A model generated the notes under the pieces. It worked only from the letters and a program-made list of their open reading frames with translations. It was not told the origin of the DNA and searched no databases. DNA of 55,949 nucleotides, counting the filler, from Sphacelaria rigidula (taxonomy: Eukaryota): assembly GCA_964200075.2 (NCBI GenBank). It is 4 parts of 4 records of this genome, joined end to end, with 100 filler letters (N's around TTAATTAATTAA, not from the genome) between each part and the next. Parts side by side here need not be neighbours in the genome. Positions count along the whole stretch, not along the records: positions 1 to 13,915 come from CAXNAA020002592.1; 3 more parts are not named here. One strand, 5' to 3'. The position numbers and the translations under genes were made by a program. How positions within the stretch are numbered: the first letter of the stretch is position 1; each line of letters starts with the position of its first letter. Of the stretch, positions 1-12,830 are shown one piece after another.

Positions 1-784
1 AACTTAGGGGGTCTCGAATGCAACGACATGCGGTTGATCGTAGAGCAATCTTGTCTATCCTCCCAAGTTGCAATAATAGCCCATGACCTCCTGACATCGG
101 AATAATTATTACTTATGGGAATGTACTCGTATTACTGTACCGAGCTGTTCAGCGTGTGCTGGTTGCGGCATGGGCTGACGCCTATGCGCCACGCTAGCAA
201 CAGTCAGGTCACCACCATAGGTATCTTTTTTCACTCCGCATGTCAAATAGGTTTCTACAAGTGTTTGATCTCTCATACACCCCCCTCAACTGGCGTGTGA
301 CATGCGCTTCTGCTCGGGCGCCCTTTGTGGACGTCAGCGAAACTCAACGATGAATGACACCCCCTAAGTTCAAATTGGATCGATCTGTTATTGCCGCAGC
401 ACCGTCCTTGCTGGCATGTGTGTGGCAGAGAACAGTAGTAACGGTAACGGGAACATTGCCCTATTTTCTCAACATGGTTTTCAGCGCACAGAGGCACGTC
501 CTGTCCAAAAGGAGAGGCAGAGAGGAATCTATGTTCGCGTTGGCGACAGGAAAGAAGAGGCGACGGAATCTCTACGCACGTCGATGCTCTGGCATGTGAA
601 AAAATTGGCATATGCTGGTATGATCAAGGATGCCAGTCTCTCGAGAGTTTGGTAATCGCCAAGCGGGGACACACAGAGGGCACGGGCGAGGAGCTTCGTC
701 TCTGTCGTTGCTTCTCTCTCTGGTGATATTGTTATCGACACGCGTGTACACCGCATTTCGTTGGGTGCATCTAGCCAGAGTTGC

Positions 785-894
785 TTAACCCTTGGACCGC
801 GGTGCCCGTAGTCCATCTGGAGCACGTGTACTTTTATCAAGTGAACATTGGTGCCGATTCAGCAGGTGACCCACTCTCGTGGTCTAACGGCTAA
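785..894. mobile_element. piggyBac-type MITE (~100 bp), diverged copy
   Basis: TTAA-CCCTTGGACCGCG...GGTCTAACGG-CTAA; aligns by eye with the intact copy at 41526-41631. Confidence 0.7.
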
Positions 895-1619
895 CTCCTG
901 CTGCGGAGGTTTGGGGAGGAAGATACTTTCGCTCTGTGTTACTCTTTCGCATCTTCCCTGCAATAGAGAAATGGGACTTCAACCTCAATTTTTGTTTCAA
1001 CCCCAAAATGTGAGATCGGCTGTTATTTATTTATCGCCCAATCTCGACGTTTGGCGAGTTTGTTATTGAATAATAAGTGCGTTCGCAGTGCACAGTGTAC
1101 TCGCAGTGCGCAGAGCCGAGGTAAATTCTCAAATTCGATAGAAACACGACGAAATAGTGGCCGCAGAATATACTTTGGTATATCATGGCGTGAACAACAC
1201 ACTATCTGTCGTCATCATAAATCACGCCTCGAGTTGTGATCAACTATTAATACCTCTTTTGCGACTTGCCCCTTGCACGATGAACCATTTTTGTCAAACC
1301 GAAGAATCACGCCGCGTGTTGTGCCGCCACTTCGATGATGTCAGATAACAAATAACAAATCACACACTGGTGCTTCCGTATACCTTCATATAATTAGGCG
1401 TGCACCCACTCCGGGTGAGGTTACTAGTGCCAGTGTAGTACCGTGAGGTCTTGCAAGCTGTGTTCCCACCGAAACAGTCGTACCGTATCGTATCGAGTAT
1501 CAGTATCGGGTATCGATACGTATCGGGTCATTAATCGCGTATCGAAAACAATATCGGTATCGACGCCTTGAGGTCGATACGTTGAAAATATCGTATCAAA
1601 CTTTTTTTTCCGTTCGGTA

Positions 1620-1951
1620 TTGTCTTTTCCTGTGTCCAAAAACTACTATCCAACCATCCATCCATCCAACCATCCATCCTCAATCGACCTTCAATTTATT
1701 TAATAATCCCCCCGTTGTCTTCCCCTCTGTCCAAAAAATACTATCCAACCATACAACCATACAACCATACAATCGCCCATCCTCAATCAACCTTTCAATA
1801 ATGAATTTGTTTTTTAATTAATTAATTAATTAAGCGATATAACAAATATCAAATCATTAATTAATTAATTGCAAGATGATTGAGGATGGATGGTTGGATG
1901 GTTGGATGGTTGAATGGATGGATTGTATCTTTTGGACAGAGGGGAAGACAA
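1620..1951. repeat. Foldback/MITE-like element with (CCAT/CCAA)n subrepeats and an AT-rich centre
   Basis: TTGTCTTCCCCTCTGTCCAAAA (1715) and a variant at 1620 are inverted relative to TTTTGGACAGAGGGGAAGACAA (~1930-1951); central TTAATTAA runs; preceded by a (GTATCG)-rich tract at 1480-1600. Confidence 0.6.
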
Positions 1952-2460
1952 TATATTCAACACTGGTACTCATTGATTGATAAATCATGGTCTCACATTT
2001 GCTGATTGCAACAATTCAGCCCGTGGTCAGGAGCAGCAACAAAAAAAGTGAAAGATCGGAGCGTACGAGCTGGGCCGGCAGTAAATCCCACATTCTCTCT
2101 CCTCACCACAACTTCTCAAGTTTCCCAAATCAGCGCGACTTGAGCATATCGCTGCGAACTGCAGGCTAACCTTGTAACACACGGCACTGCTGCTGCTTGA
2201 TTTGCTCAATTTTGGCGATGATGTTATTGCACTACTGGATTGAGTACCGGGCACGTCTCTTGCTGTTGCGTCACAGCATGTCTGGAGACGTTTCGTTTCA
2301 CGAAATGCGGTGGAATTACGATAGACCGTTGCGACGCATAGGCACACGCACACGGACATGCGCAACCAGTTTGCTCTTGCTTGAGTAAGAGCAAACTGGT
2401 AGTGCTGCAATATGGCATCAAGCTCGTCATAAGCTCCATCATGGGAGAGAACCTCCGCGC

Positions 2461-2680
2461 TATAGCCTCTGCCAGACGATCTGGACAAGAGGGCTATTCA
2501 GTGAGGGGCTTCTCCAGAATCCACATGCCTCACGCTCGATAAGCACTTCGCCCAGAGCTTTCATTCACGAAGTAAGCAACAGCAGCCCACTGGCTACACA
2601 TCAAAGGCTACCCTGTCACATAATCATCATCCAGTATCCTACACGTTAAACGTAACGGCTTGGCACCATTTTGGGCTACA
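2461..2680 (-). repeat. 3' LTR of Gypsy element (220 bp)
   Basis: Minus strand TGTAGCCC...GGCTATA; ~14 mismatches plus a 28-bp indel versus 7899-8146 (hand alignment). Confidence 0.95.
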
Positions 2681-2761
2681 GCACCCCCGAAGCGAGTTCA
2701 AGACAAACGAACGAGCTTGAGAACCAACAAAAATCACCAAGCCGAATGTGCATGCGCCAAA

Positions 2762-4392
2762 TCACAAATAAAGACCATACTCCGACGCTAATTTACTGGT
2801 CAACGCCCGAGTCAACCGCAGTTTACGCAATTCCTTGACAACAGATTCGGGCTTCGAAGAATGAATTTTCCGAAGAGACTCCCACGTACGTTCTTCAGAA
2901 TCGAAGCCATCCCAGTCGACCAGAACTATGACATTTCCATCATCGTCTTCTGCGACGTGCACCAAAGCATCTATTCGACACTCCCCCTGGGCATACGAAT
3001 GCTGAAATACATCTTTGAGTTCCGCAGTGATGTGCAACTGTGAGTCAGTATAATAACGTAAACGAGCGACATGAGCCGAGTGCACGGCGCCAGAAACAAT
3101 ATTCTGCACCGAATACAGGTGAGCGTGATCGGCTCCGACCACTCGCCACGGACCTGTCCATGTGGACATCACTTTTGGCGTCACACCTTGCCCACGAACA
3201 CGAGCTTACAAAACAAAATCACCAACCGCAAATTTGGGCAACACAGCTTGGCCCTGAGCAAGCTTACGTTTAGTTTCTCAGGACACCGCAACAGCTGCTT
3301 GCACTTCTTTGCAAAACCTCACTTGCTCTTCAACGACGTTCTTAACCTTGTCACGCAACGCGTCAGCATTCATGACATCAATTTCCCACTCGCCGTCTGC
3401 GCCAGAAACCAACGCTGAAAACGCGGTACGCGGCGCCCGTCCAAAATCACACAGTATGGAGTATTGCGGTATCGTTCACGAAAAGACGTATTCAGCGCCC
3501 ACTGAACTGCCGGTAGAACATTAACCCAATCCGATATCGATCGTCTCTGTTCTGATAAAATAGACCTCAGCGCACGAATAACCTCCTTCACCATACGTTC
3601 ACATGCACCGTTTGACCATGGGGTGTATGCAACAGCAAATTGTTGCTTCACCTGGAGCGCGTCGCTCAGATGCGCTATCACTCGATTTTTGAAATGCGAA
3701 GCTGTATCGCTCACCCACACCCGTGGCACCCTCAAAGTCTTACACCACTGCAACAAATGTTGAGCCGTGACCTCGGCTGTACAAGCTCCGGTCGGCTCCA
3801 GACAAACGCAACTAGAAAAATCATCTATTGTGACTAGTACGTATCGAAAACCATCGTCCTCAGGCAAACCATCATCACCTTCAGGCCCGCTACTCGCGGC
3901 GTAAAGAAAGTCAAAGTGAACCACCTCACCTGGCGCAGTACCATGCACAGCATCGCCAAACGGGCGAGGTACAATTTCACCAGCACGAGTGTCTACACAG
4001 TGTAAACACTGGCGAACAAACTCGCGAACCTGAGAATCCATGTGCGGCCACACACAGTATTCTTTCAGACGAAACAAAGTCAGCGCCACACCACGGTGCC
4101 CAGCCGATCTCATGTGAGCGCACACCATAATAAGACAGTTTTTCAGAGTCTCATCCTCTGGCGGAATCCACAAAACATCACGACTGCCAACATGCACCCG
4201 AAACAAACCATCATCAGCCAAGCTAGCTTGACCGAAGGTTGTGGGAAAAGAAGTTACACCGTCGCCGACTGTTTTCCGCTGAGCATTGCGACTTGCATCT
4301 AACGAGGGCAGCGAATCATCAGCATCACACGGGCTGTACACAGCAACGGAACGAATAGGTACGGTAGGGACCTGTACCCAACGAGACAACAA
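2762..4392 (-). pseudogene. Gypsy integrase plus C-terminal chromodomain (frameshifted)
   Basis: AH...GHRG and CLHC zinc finger; VHFDF, VSDTASHF and NGACER core; W.GPWRVV (GPY/F motif); VLVDWDGFDSEERTWES chromodomain. Confidence 0.9.
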
Positions 4393-6748
4393 ATCTCCCC
4401 AACAATGTTTTCTCCCGTGATGGGTTCAATTGTGTATCGGTACTGACCTAGCACATATTTCCAATTCTCCAGTCTCTGTGCCATGGCTTTTGTGACCGAG
4501 GTGGCACACTCCTCAGGGTTGAAAATATACTTCAGATTCCGATGATCATTGAAGATACGAACACCACCCCAGAGCAAATACTCGAGTCTTCGGAATGTGT
4601 TCACAATCGCGAAACCTTCCTCATCCACTGTCGCCCACCGCAAAATGAACCCTTGAAACTATCACTCAGCAACCCCAGAGGTCCGTGTGACATATTTTCC
4701 AACGCCATGCCAATGTTAGACTCTGTGACAGGCACCTGCGTCAGAAAAGACTCCCAGTGAAGGTCACGTGCATCGGGAAACATTAATACAACGCACCCAG
4801 GACGAGAATGATACAGTGGGACCGCTTGCGCCACCAAATCCTGCGCTGCACGCCATGCCCGCACCCGATCCTCCGCCCAGGCGTCCTCCGGAATGACACG
4901 ACTTCGCGCCACCTGCTTGGTCCTACGTGACGCCCCTGCCATCAGTTGTTCTAAAAACGCACGAAGCGGCGCTACTACTTCTGCCATGCGAGGTAGCGAA
5001 GCTCGCAATCAACAGACCGCCTGCAGAAACTGCATCAGCTCACTTGTATTTTGAGGACGTCGCATTGTACTCAGCCCTTGAATGCGTACAGGATCATGAG
5101 ACACAGTTCCGTGCGAGTACACCTTGCCACACCAAACTATTTCTCGAGAAAAAACCGTGCACTTGTGAGCTGCGACGAACAGACCAACGATTCCCAAACG
5201 TCCGAGAATCTCGTCTAAGAACGTCAGCAACGCTTCTTCTAAATCGGCGAAATAAGAAACATCATCGACCCACACTTTGCAGTCCAATCCTTGCAAAAGA
5301 TCAGTCATCACACCTTGGAAACAGGATGTAGCTTTCAGCACACCCTGAGGAACACGAGTTGGCGTAAACAGACCTTCTGGTGTGACGATCGTGAAGAATT
5401 CTTGTGCGTCCGGTGCCAGCGGCATTTGCCAATACCCCTGGAGCGAGTCCAATTTGCCAAAGCATTGCGCTCCCAGTAACTCCCGCATGCCCTCCTGACT
5501 CGGCATTACCCCCGGAGACTGCTCTATCTGCGCGTTCATCGCTTGGTAGTCACTGACCAAACAGAAATTATCTCTCTTCGTCACCGCCATCGCCGGACTC
5601 GCCCACACCGCTTGTATGTTCCTCACCACCAAACCAAACGCCACCAACGCTGCTATGCATGCAGCCAGCCACCCGGTTTTCACCGGGTCGTATCGCCTTG
5701 GCTTGGCCTTTACAACCTTCGCCTGCGGCTTGAGTTGCACGCGCATCGGCTCTACGCGCGCTGGCGGATCACCGCACAGCGCACGTCGAAATTTATCCAC
5801 GCGACGAGACAAAATATCGCGCAGACGATGAGTGCCCTCGGCGCTCAAGCCCTGCTGTTCGGCCTGTCGTACGCTATCTGCCAACGCGCGATCTCTCCCC
5901 TCCTTCTCTTCTGCAGGGTCCAGAAACATGTCCGAGCCCCGGTCCACCAATCGCTCCACTGCCTCATCCGCAGGAGTTTCTTTTACACACTCGGTTTGAA
6001 CCGCATCGACAGAGATGGCCACCCGCCTAGCTGCTAGATGACTAGAGGTTTCGACGTCCGTCTGAACCGGCACGGCATGGGGGCGTAACTTCTTCAACGC
6101 CAGAGGACACAAACCAATGCCGATCTGCTTTATCGTTGCCATGCCGGAGAGAATGATATCATCCCTGCCGGGCATAATAGCGAAGGTGATGGGTGGCATC
6201 TGCACAGCCCCCCACGGAGTACGTACACTTACGCAGATTGGGATCGTCTTGTGCGTTACCGTCACGGGCTCTTCCGTAGCGGTGTGAGCGGTTTGGCGAC
6301 CGTTCTGGAACGGCAACTGTAATTGAGCGTTGCCGCAGAGCGAAGACGACCGGGCCAGTAAACCCACGCCGATAGCCGTAAGCGCGGACCCAGAGTCCAG
6401 AATAACTCGTGCCATCAATGATCCTACCGTACCTGGCAAAGAAAGGTCAACACGGAGGCATCGTGCAGTGCGATCGACAGGCACTACACCTGTCGGGGGG
6501 AAAGCTTGATTGTTGGCTACAGTCACCTGTCGCCAAGGCTGCGCTCCAGAAAGTGACATTGTCGACACCGAATCGGTGTTCCACCCCAACCAAGATTCCG
6601 TACATGTAGACGGCGCCGTTGCCGCCGTCGCAGTAGCGGGAGCGATACCAGACACGGATCCTGCCTGGCCGGTGGTTTGCCAGCTGTCCGCTCTAGCACC
6701 ACCCATCGAAGTACTACTCCCTCCTACATAAACTGCCCGCCCCGGCAT
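4299..6748 (-). pseudogene. Gypsy protease, reverse transcriptase and RNase H (frameshifted)
   Basis: ILDSGSA protease; LDSLQGYWQ, PQGV and VWVDDV RT motifs; FPDA, WATVDEEGFAIV and NDHRNL RNase H motifs. Confidence 0.9.
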
Positions 6749-7860
6749 GGACGGGCCAGAAGAGCCTGAGGCAGGTTATGAAGATGCAGCCGAAGATATT
6801 GTAGTGGAGGATCCACCATCCGTCGCCTCTCGATTGCTGCCGCGGCCACCGCGCCCCCGCATCCACCATGACCTCTACCTCTTCCTCCATGACGACCGCC
6901 GCTGGATACTGACTGATCTTGCGGACTATTTTGATTGGCGCCCTTGACGCGAGGCTTGGGACAATCCTTCAGAAGACGTCCATGGTCGCCACAGCTATAG
7001 CATGCGCGAATGGATGTCCCTCGCGCAGACGGCTGCTGCTGATGTTGTTTGCGGTGAGATCCAACCGTACTTGCCCCACGGCATTCTACAGATTCTACAA
7101 GCTTCCACTTGTCAGCAGCCTCAAATATCGTCTTCATCACTAAAGTCGAGTTTCGTTTCCAACCTTCCTCGGACATCAAGAGAGTCTTGACATGAGCCTT
7201 AAACGCCGGAGGCGCAATGCCGTCCACCACGGCAATGGAAACTGACTCTGCCGGACCTGGCAGCCAGCTTCTCTCTTGTGCCCTGTACATGTTTTTGAAA
7301 AATACTGTTCCAACATTGAAGTGACTGTCATTGCCCTATCCCGTACCGACAATGATCCGTCTTGGGCCATCCTGAGAATGCGCTTGATATCAGCCGCAGG
7401 CCGAGTTTTATCCTCTCGGCCACCGTTGGTTTTATACCCAGCATGCTGCTTTACAGCATCTACGAGCTCCGCTGCGGTCATTGTTCGTCCTTCTACGTGC
7501 AGGATTACGAAACATTGACGAATGTATGCAGGAATCAACTGCCCAACGGCACTTGCGCGTGTGTCACCCTTCCTTCTTCATGAGCGATTCGCAACCGCTG
7601 TTCCTAATCGAGATAGGCCCCAAAACATTTGCGACTAGCTGCTTCGTTCCACTCTTTACCATAATGCGGCGGATGTGACGTCTCACCCAATACCAGTGGT
7701 GTTGCTGTCGCTCGAGCCATGCCTGACTTGAGTGTCGCCAGCGGAGCTTTCTCCGAACGCTAGTCTTACGGCAAGCTGCTCCTCTCGTTTGAACCAAGTG
7801 CTTTCAGCACTACTCCTTGGGCACAAATCGTACCGGCTGCCCGTCTCGTACCTCAGCCCA
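6724..7860 (-). pseudogene. Gypsy gag (fragmented)
   Basis: Overlapping ORF fragments ending in the knuckle CYSCGDHGRLLKDC, upstream of the protease. Confidence 0.75.
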
Positions 7861-7898
7861 AACTCCTCCAAATAGAGTGGCGAGAAATGTCTAGATAT

Positions 7899-8146
7899 TA
7901 TAGCCTCTGCCAGACGATCTGGACAAGAGGGCAATTCAGTGAGGGGCTTCTCCAGAATCCACTGGTCTCACGCTCGATAAGAACTTCTCTCAGAGCTTCC
8001 ACTCACGAAGTAAGCAACAGCAGCCCATTGGCCACACATCAAAGGCTACACGGTAAGGGTCATCATCCACATTGTACCCTGTCACATAACCATCATCCAG
8101 TGTCCTACACGTTAAACGCAACGGCTTGGCACCATTTTGGGCTACA
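7899..8146 (-). repeat. 5' LTR of Gypsy element (248 bp)
   Basis: Direct repeat of 2461-2680. Confidence 0.95.
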
Positions 8147-8342
8147 GAGCCAACTGTCATATATCACCGCACGAGGGACAAGTAACAGTGGATTCTCGAA
8201 AATAGGGATGAAAAATAAATGAGGTTCATCTCAAGAGCCGTGCTTTTCCTGACCTAAAATCATGACAAATGATTCTCATATGGACCACCCCATCCCTCCC
8301 GACCTCCCAAAAACTATTTCGGGGGATTTACAGCCTTCCATT

Positions 8343-8679
8343 TGTTAGAAAAGTGTCGCGATGACCCCCTCGACGTGATCGCTAGAGTTGGCGCAATGGC
8401 ACTCAAGCCAAGCAAGCAGACAAGCTGCTTGGGAGTGTAGACAGAAGATGATGTTCAAGGTGCCTCTTGCGGGCAAGACGGTCCAAACAACCCACCGTGT
8501 TGAACGATCAACCGAGGAGAGTGCTTCATCATGTATCACAGCTGCTATCCCACATTCTACGCCCCCACATCAGACCAAACCTTCGTGGCCGGTACCTGCG
8601 ATCCCAACACTACATATATAAAAAGTCAATACCATACGAAGCGTTGAAGAGCATGGCTACACAGCCTCATTTTCTAACG
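8343..8679 (-). repeat. Copia 3' LTR with adjacent polypurine tract
   Basis: Terminal inverted ends TGTTAGAAAA...TTTTCTAAC(G); PPT TTGAGGGGGAG on minus strand at 8680-8690. Confidence 0.85.
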
Positions 8680-9884
8680 CTCCCCCTCAACGCAAGTATT
8701 ACTCTTAACCCTTCACACTCCCCCTTAATGCAAATACGTAGTAGTTTCAAACATCCACACCAGTACAACCGTCCCTGCACTCGAGGACGAAATATGATGT
8801 CAAAGCTACAACCAGGCTGTACTCACATTTTGAATGTGCTGATCAGCTTGACGAGATGGCGGTGCTTGTGTTTGCTGAGGTACTTGGTCCCTATGTCTGT
8901 GAGTTGGTCTTCGGTCTTGACGTATCGAATGCCGATCCTTCCCCCCTTGACTGATACCTGAGTGAAGAAGCGCCGAAGAGCTACGTGCTTGACTCTCGAG
9001 CTGTAAGTTCGGTTGCCTGCGACGTGGAGACTAAAGTGTTGTCGATGTAGACCAGAATGGAGTCAAAGCGTGTGCCAAATCCCATCTCCCGCATCATATT
9101 CGAGCAAAATATGCATCCATTCATGGTGAGCGCAGCGGCCACGAGTTCTGCTTCCATAGTCGATTGCGCCATTAATCCTTGTAGTCCTACCTTGAAACTG
9201 ACGAAGCCATTCGAGCGAAAGATAAGATATTATGATGTTGATTTTCCGTTGTCGGGGTTGTTGCCCCAGTTCGCCTCTGAAAAAGCCGTCAATTGGAAAC
9301 CACCCTGGTTGTAGGTGATGTCATGGCCCGTAATGCCGGCCAAATATCGAAGTGTTTTGCAGCTGCCACATACGCCTTCGACGGTTTGGACATCGCCCGT
9401 GCCAGTTGATTCACGCCGTATCCGATGTCGTAGCGGGTCACTCGAGCGAGATACATCACTCTGCCTGTGATGGGCTGGAAGTGCTGTTTGTCTTCCTCGT
9501 AGAGTATTTTGTCTCTCGGCTGGTCCAGTGACAGTCCTTGTCCCGCCCCAGAAGTGCACACCGGGTTGCAGTTCGCTATCTCGTATCGTTCCTGGAAAGA
9601 TTTGTTGTAATTTGTGTGGCTCGCGTTGACTATCTTGCTATTACGGTCACGAACAGCCTCCATTCCCAGCACTAACAATACATGTCTCATGCCCGTCATA
9701 AAAAAACGTCCCATTAGTTTATGTTTGATTCTTTCCAGCACCTTGTTGTCAGTCTGCCACCGCTCGAGGTTGTACCCCCAAACTATTACCGACATCATGC
9801 GGATACGCTGAATCCTGCAGATCGGAATAACTCACGCAACCAAAACCGGGAACTTGTTTCCAGCCCAGCACACTGACTCGAACC

Positions 9885-10017
9885 TTGTAGCAGCAGCAGC
9901 AGCAGTAGCAACAGTAGTAGTAGTCGTCGCTGTTGCTGTTAATGATGATGATGATGGTGATGTTGCTGATGCTGATAATGATAGTGATGTTGATGTTGTT
10001 GTTGTTGATGGTGTTGC

Positions 10018-10061
<44 letters not shown>
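9885..10061. repeat. Compound trinucleotide microsatellite (GCA/GTA/GAT/GTT)n inside the Copia IN-RT region
   Basis: Direct reading. Confidence 0.95.
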
Positions 10062-12404
10062 CCTGTAGTTGTGGGTTGCCATGCGTTCACACGTCACCAT
10101 GGAGTGAGTGTCGATGATAATGGGTTAGCGATGGTTCTGCGAGCCGTGTCACGGTGTGTTCGCCAAATCTGTCTCGTGGGTGTGTCACGAGTTGCTCCGG
10201 CAGTGTACCACCCTGCGGAGGACCATCGTGCGGAAGCGTCCCTCCACGAGTCGGTGCACCGGCGTGCACATCTCGCCTGGTGATGACGCCGATTCTCGCC
10301 AGAAGCTCGCCTCCTGTGAATGTTTAGCGCCCCCGCTAACCAATTGTCCTCCGACTGGCTCGGGAGATAGTTCTTGAGTGCCCTCATTGGTGTGGACGAA
10401 CGCCTTGGTCTCAATGACTCGAGGATGTCTTTGATCTAGTTTTCTCCGCTGCAGCATCTTGTGCGGACACTGCATTCTTAGCCCGGAGTGAGGTGCCCTG
10501 TTTGCAACGTAGGATGTCCTGAGGATTGATTCGCCCCAGGGAAAGGTCGGCAAACCGCTGTCGGCACGCATGCACCGGACCATGGCTGCAAGCGTTCCCC
10601 CTACGCGTTCTGACAGGTCGATTCATCGAGGTGTATTGGTGCTCGCAAACTCTAGCAATATGCCTGTCTGCCGGCAGTACGTTCCGAAATCGTTGCCAAT
10701 AAACTCACCCCCTTTGTCTGCCCTGAGTCGTTCGAGCCGAACGCCGCCGGTCCCACCCATGATCATGCCCAGTTGCAAGGTGCGTTGCACTTTGTTGTTG
10801 GCTGTCTTCGGATGGAATAGTTGATGGCTTTTCTCAACAACACGAATATTCCAGTCTGGGACAGATCCACCGAAGTCCACCCCGTTACTTTCGACGGTTT
10901 TGAGAAGGTTCAAATTGTTGCTGTTCAAGTGCCCCATCCGCCGATGCCACAGCGTTACGGCATCTGCAGCTTGCATAGTCAGTCCAGACGCGTCGTTGCC
11001 GCTGCTTACTTCTAGAGAAAAGAAGTACAGGTCACTCTCCAGCTCCTGCAGCGGAACGGTCGGTGAAGGTGTGTGTCTCCAGTCTTGGGTTGTTTATTTC
11101 GAAAATAGACACAACTCCGTTGCGTGTCGCCTGCTTGACGGATAACAGATTCCGTTCGAAGCCAAACATCAACCAAACGTACTGAACTACGGCTATTACG
11201 GCCAGCGCACGGACTATTGGGGAGAGTGCCTCCTTGATTCCCCCAAATATGTTGTGACTCCTGCGCCGGAACTTCAGACCCCCGGCCTCCTCGGTCCCAT
11301 CCGTCCCTTCGAAGGCACCGAAAAGTCCACTACTGTCAAATGAAGAAACGGGTTGGTTTGTTGGAGCAAACGACCAAAGGTTGTCCGTTCCACGGGGATC
11401 TTGTGTTCTGGGCGCCTCTAAGGCATTGAAGGAAATGGCCGGGATCTACTCCCTTGCATCAGTGACTGGTGGGTAACCTGACCATTGCGCGAGATTTGCT
11501 GCCTGCTGGTTGTTTGCTGCCTGCTGGTTGCGCTGTTGCAAGAAACGGCACTCTTCGTCGCTGTGGGCTGTTGACATGTGGAAGGAGCACCACTTGCCTT
11601 CTGTCCCCTTGTTCTTGTCTCCCCCTGTCAGTGCTTGGGCCGCGTTTCGAGTGGGGCAATTTTGTTTGACGTGGCCTCGCTTTCCGCAGCGGAAACACAC
11701 TGTGCGATTTCTTCTGCTATCACGACTTCCACTGGCCTGCATGGCGCCCCGCGACCTGCGACCAAGTTGATGGCCTCTGGGCGAGAGAGATAGTCGGTAT
11801 ACATTTTGCTGACCATGTATCGGAGATCCGCCAAATTAAAATCACGACTCTCGCAGCTAGCAACACAAACCCTTTCGTACTCGGCAGGCAGGGCTCGGAG
11901 GATAATGTCCTCGTACCGCTCGTCGGGTGTACCTTGTCCCATCTCATCTAGCCGATCACGGTAGCCGTCCATGATAAACCGGAAGTCTTCCGGATCATCT
12001 CCGGACTGCATCTTTGTGTTGTGGAGTTTGTCATGGAACTCTCTTCGTGCCTCTTTGCTGTTGCCGTCAAATTTGTTGTGCAGCGCTGCCCACGCTGGTT
12101 GACCGTTCCCAATCCCATCCTGTGGGGTTTTCCCCACGTGACGTCTGACGGTATTGTTCGCTGATTTTTCCGTGCTAAAAAACAGAACACTAAACAAATC
12201 ATTGTTTGCCAGGTCCCACGCCACTGAAGTTGTCGTATCCCGAGGAAGGGGAGGGGTTCAAAGTGTGAGGAAAAAAGAAAGAGGACGTGCTGCACAGGGT
12301 TCTTCACAGTTTTGTGAAGAATCTTGCACTGCACTTGCAACCCCTGGTACCTCTGCCATTTTGCACAGCGTTTTTGTCGAAACCCAGCAAGCAACCCTGT
12401 GAAG

Positions 12405-12830
12405 AGGCCCTCCCAATTTTGAAATTTCCTATTTATTTTGGGACAAAATCTGCAAATTTATTTTTTTCGCATAGCTTCTCCTGCTGTTCGAGATAAATCC
12501 TCGTTCACCCGATTGAAATCGGGCGAAGGGGAATTCATCTCGGACAGCAGGAGAAGCTATTCAAAACATATTTTTTTTTCGCCCAATTAAATTGGGCGAA
12601 TAAATTATGTAGTTCAAACAGCAGAAGAAGCTGTATTCAAAATAGATCCTTTTTTCGCCTAATTGGGCAAAAAAGGACCTATTTCAACACAGCTTCTTCT
12701 GCTCTACAAATCCCATGCACACTGGCAGATTTTGAATTCGAGTAGCAGAAGAAGCTCGAAATAAATCCTCACGTTGCCCGCCAATTCACCCGGAAATTGG
12801 GCAAAAAGAGGATTATTGCGAACAGCATCA
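12405..12830. repeat. MITE-like cluster of direct and inverted AGCTTCTyCTGCT / AAATTGGGC modules
   Basis: agcttctcctgctg (12473) versus cagcaggagaagct (12545), repeated at ~12620, 12690 and 12743. Confidence 0.6.

Larger units (their letters stand above)
2461..8146 (-). mobile_element. Full-length but decayed Ty3/Gypsy LTR retrotransposon with chromodomain
   Basis: Two LTRs; order gag(CCHC)-PR-RT-RH-IN-chromo on minus strand; purine tract next to the 3' LTR (2681-2690); possible degenerate 4-bp TSD GCGC/GAGC; multiple frameshifts and stops. Confidence 0.95.
8343..12245 (-). mobile_element. Ty1/Copia retrotransposon, decayed, internally deleted, 5' LTR missing
   Basis: gag (11628-12224) with CFRCGKRGHVKQNC; LWHRRMGHLN pre-integrase; RLRADKGGEF integrase; RT (TRYDIGYGVNQLAR); RNase H (ANWG, STMEAELVA, YIDN); Copia domain order. 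Confidence 0.92.

Noticed and set aside
1817-1870. TTAATTAATTAA runs as an assembly linker
   Set aside because: No flanking Ns; lies in the AT-rich centre of a foldback element
9800-9885. GGTTCGAGTC B-box-like motif suggesting a SINE or tRNA
   Set aside because: The same bases encode the Copia RT 'KVRVSVLGWKQVPG' motif
9854-10283. Poly-Val/Leu/Asn ORFs
   Set aside because: Translations of a microsatellite
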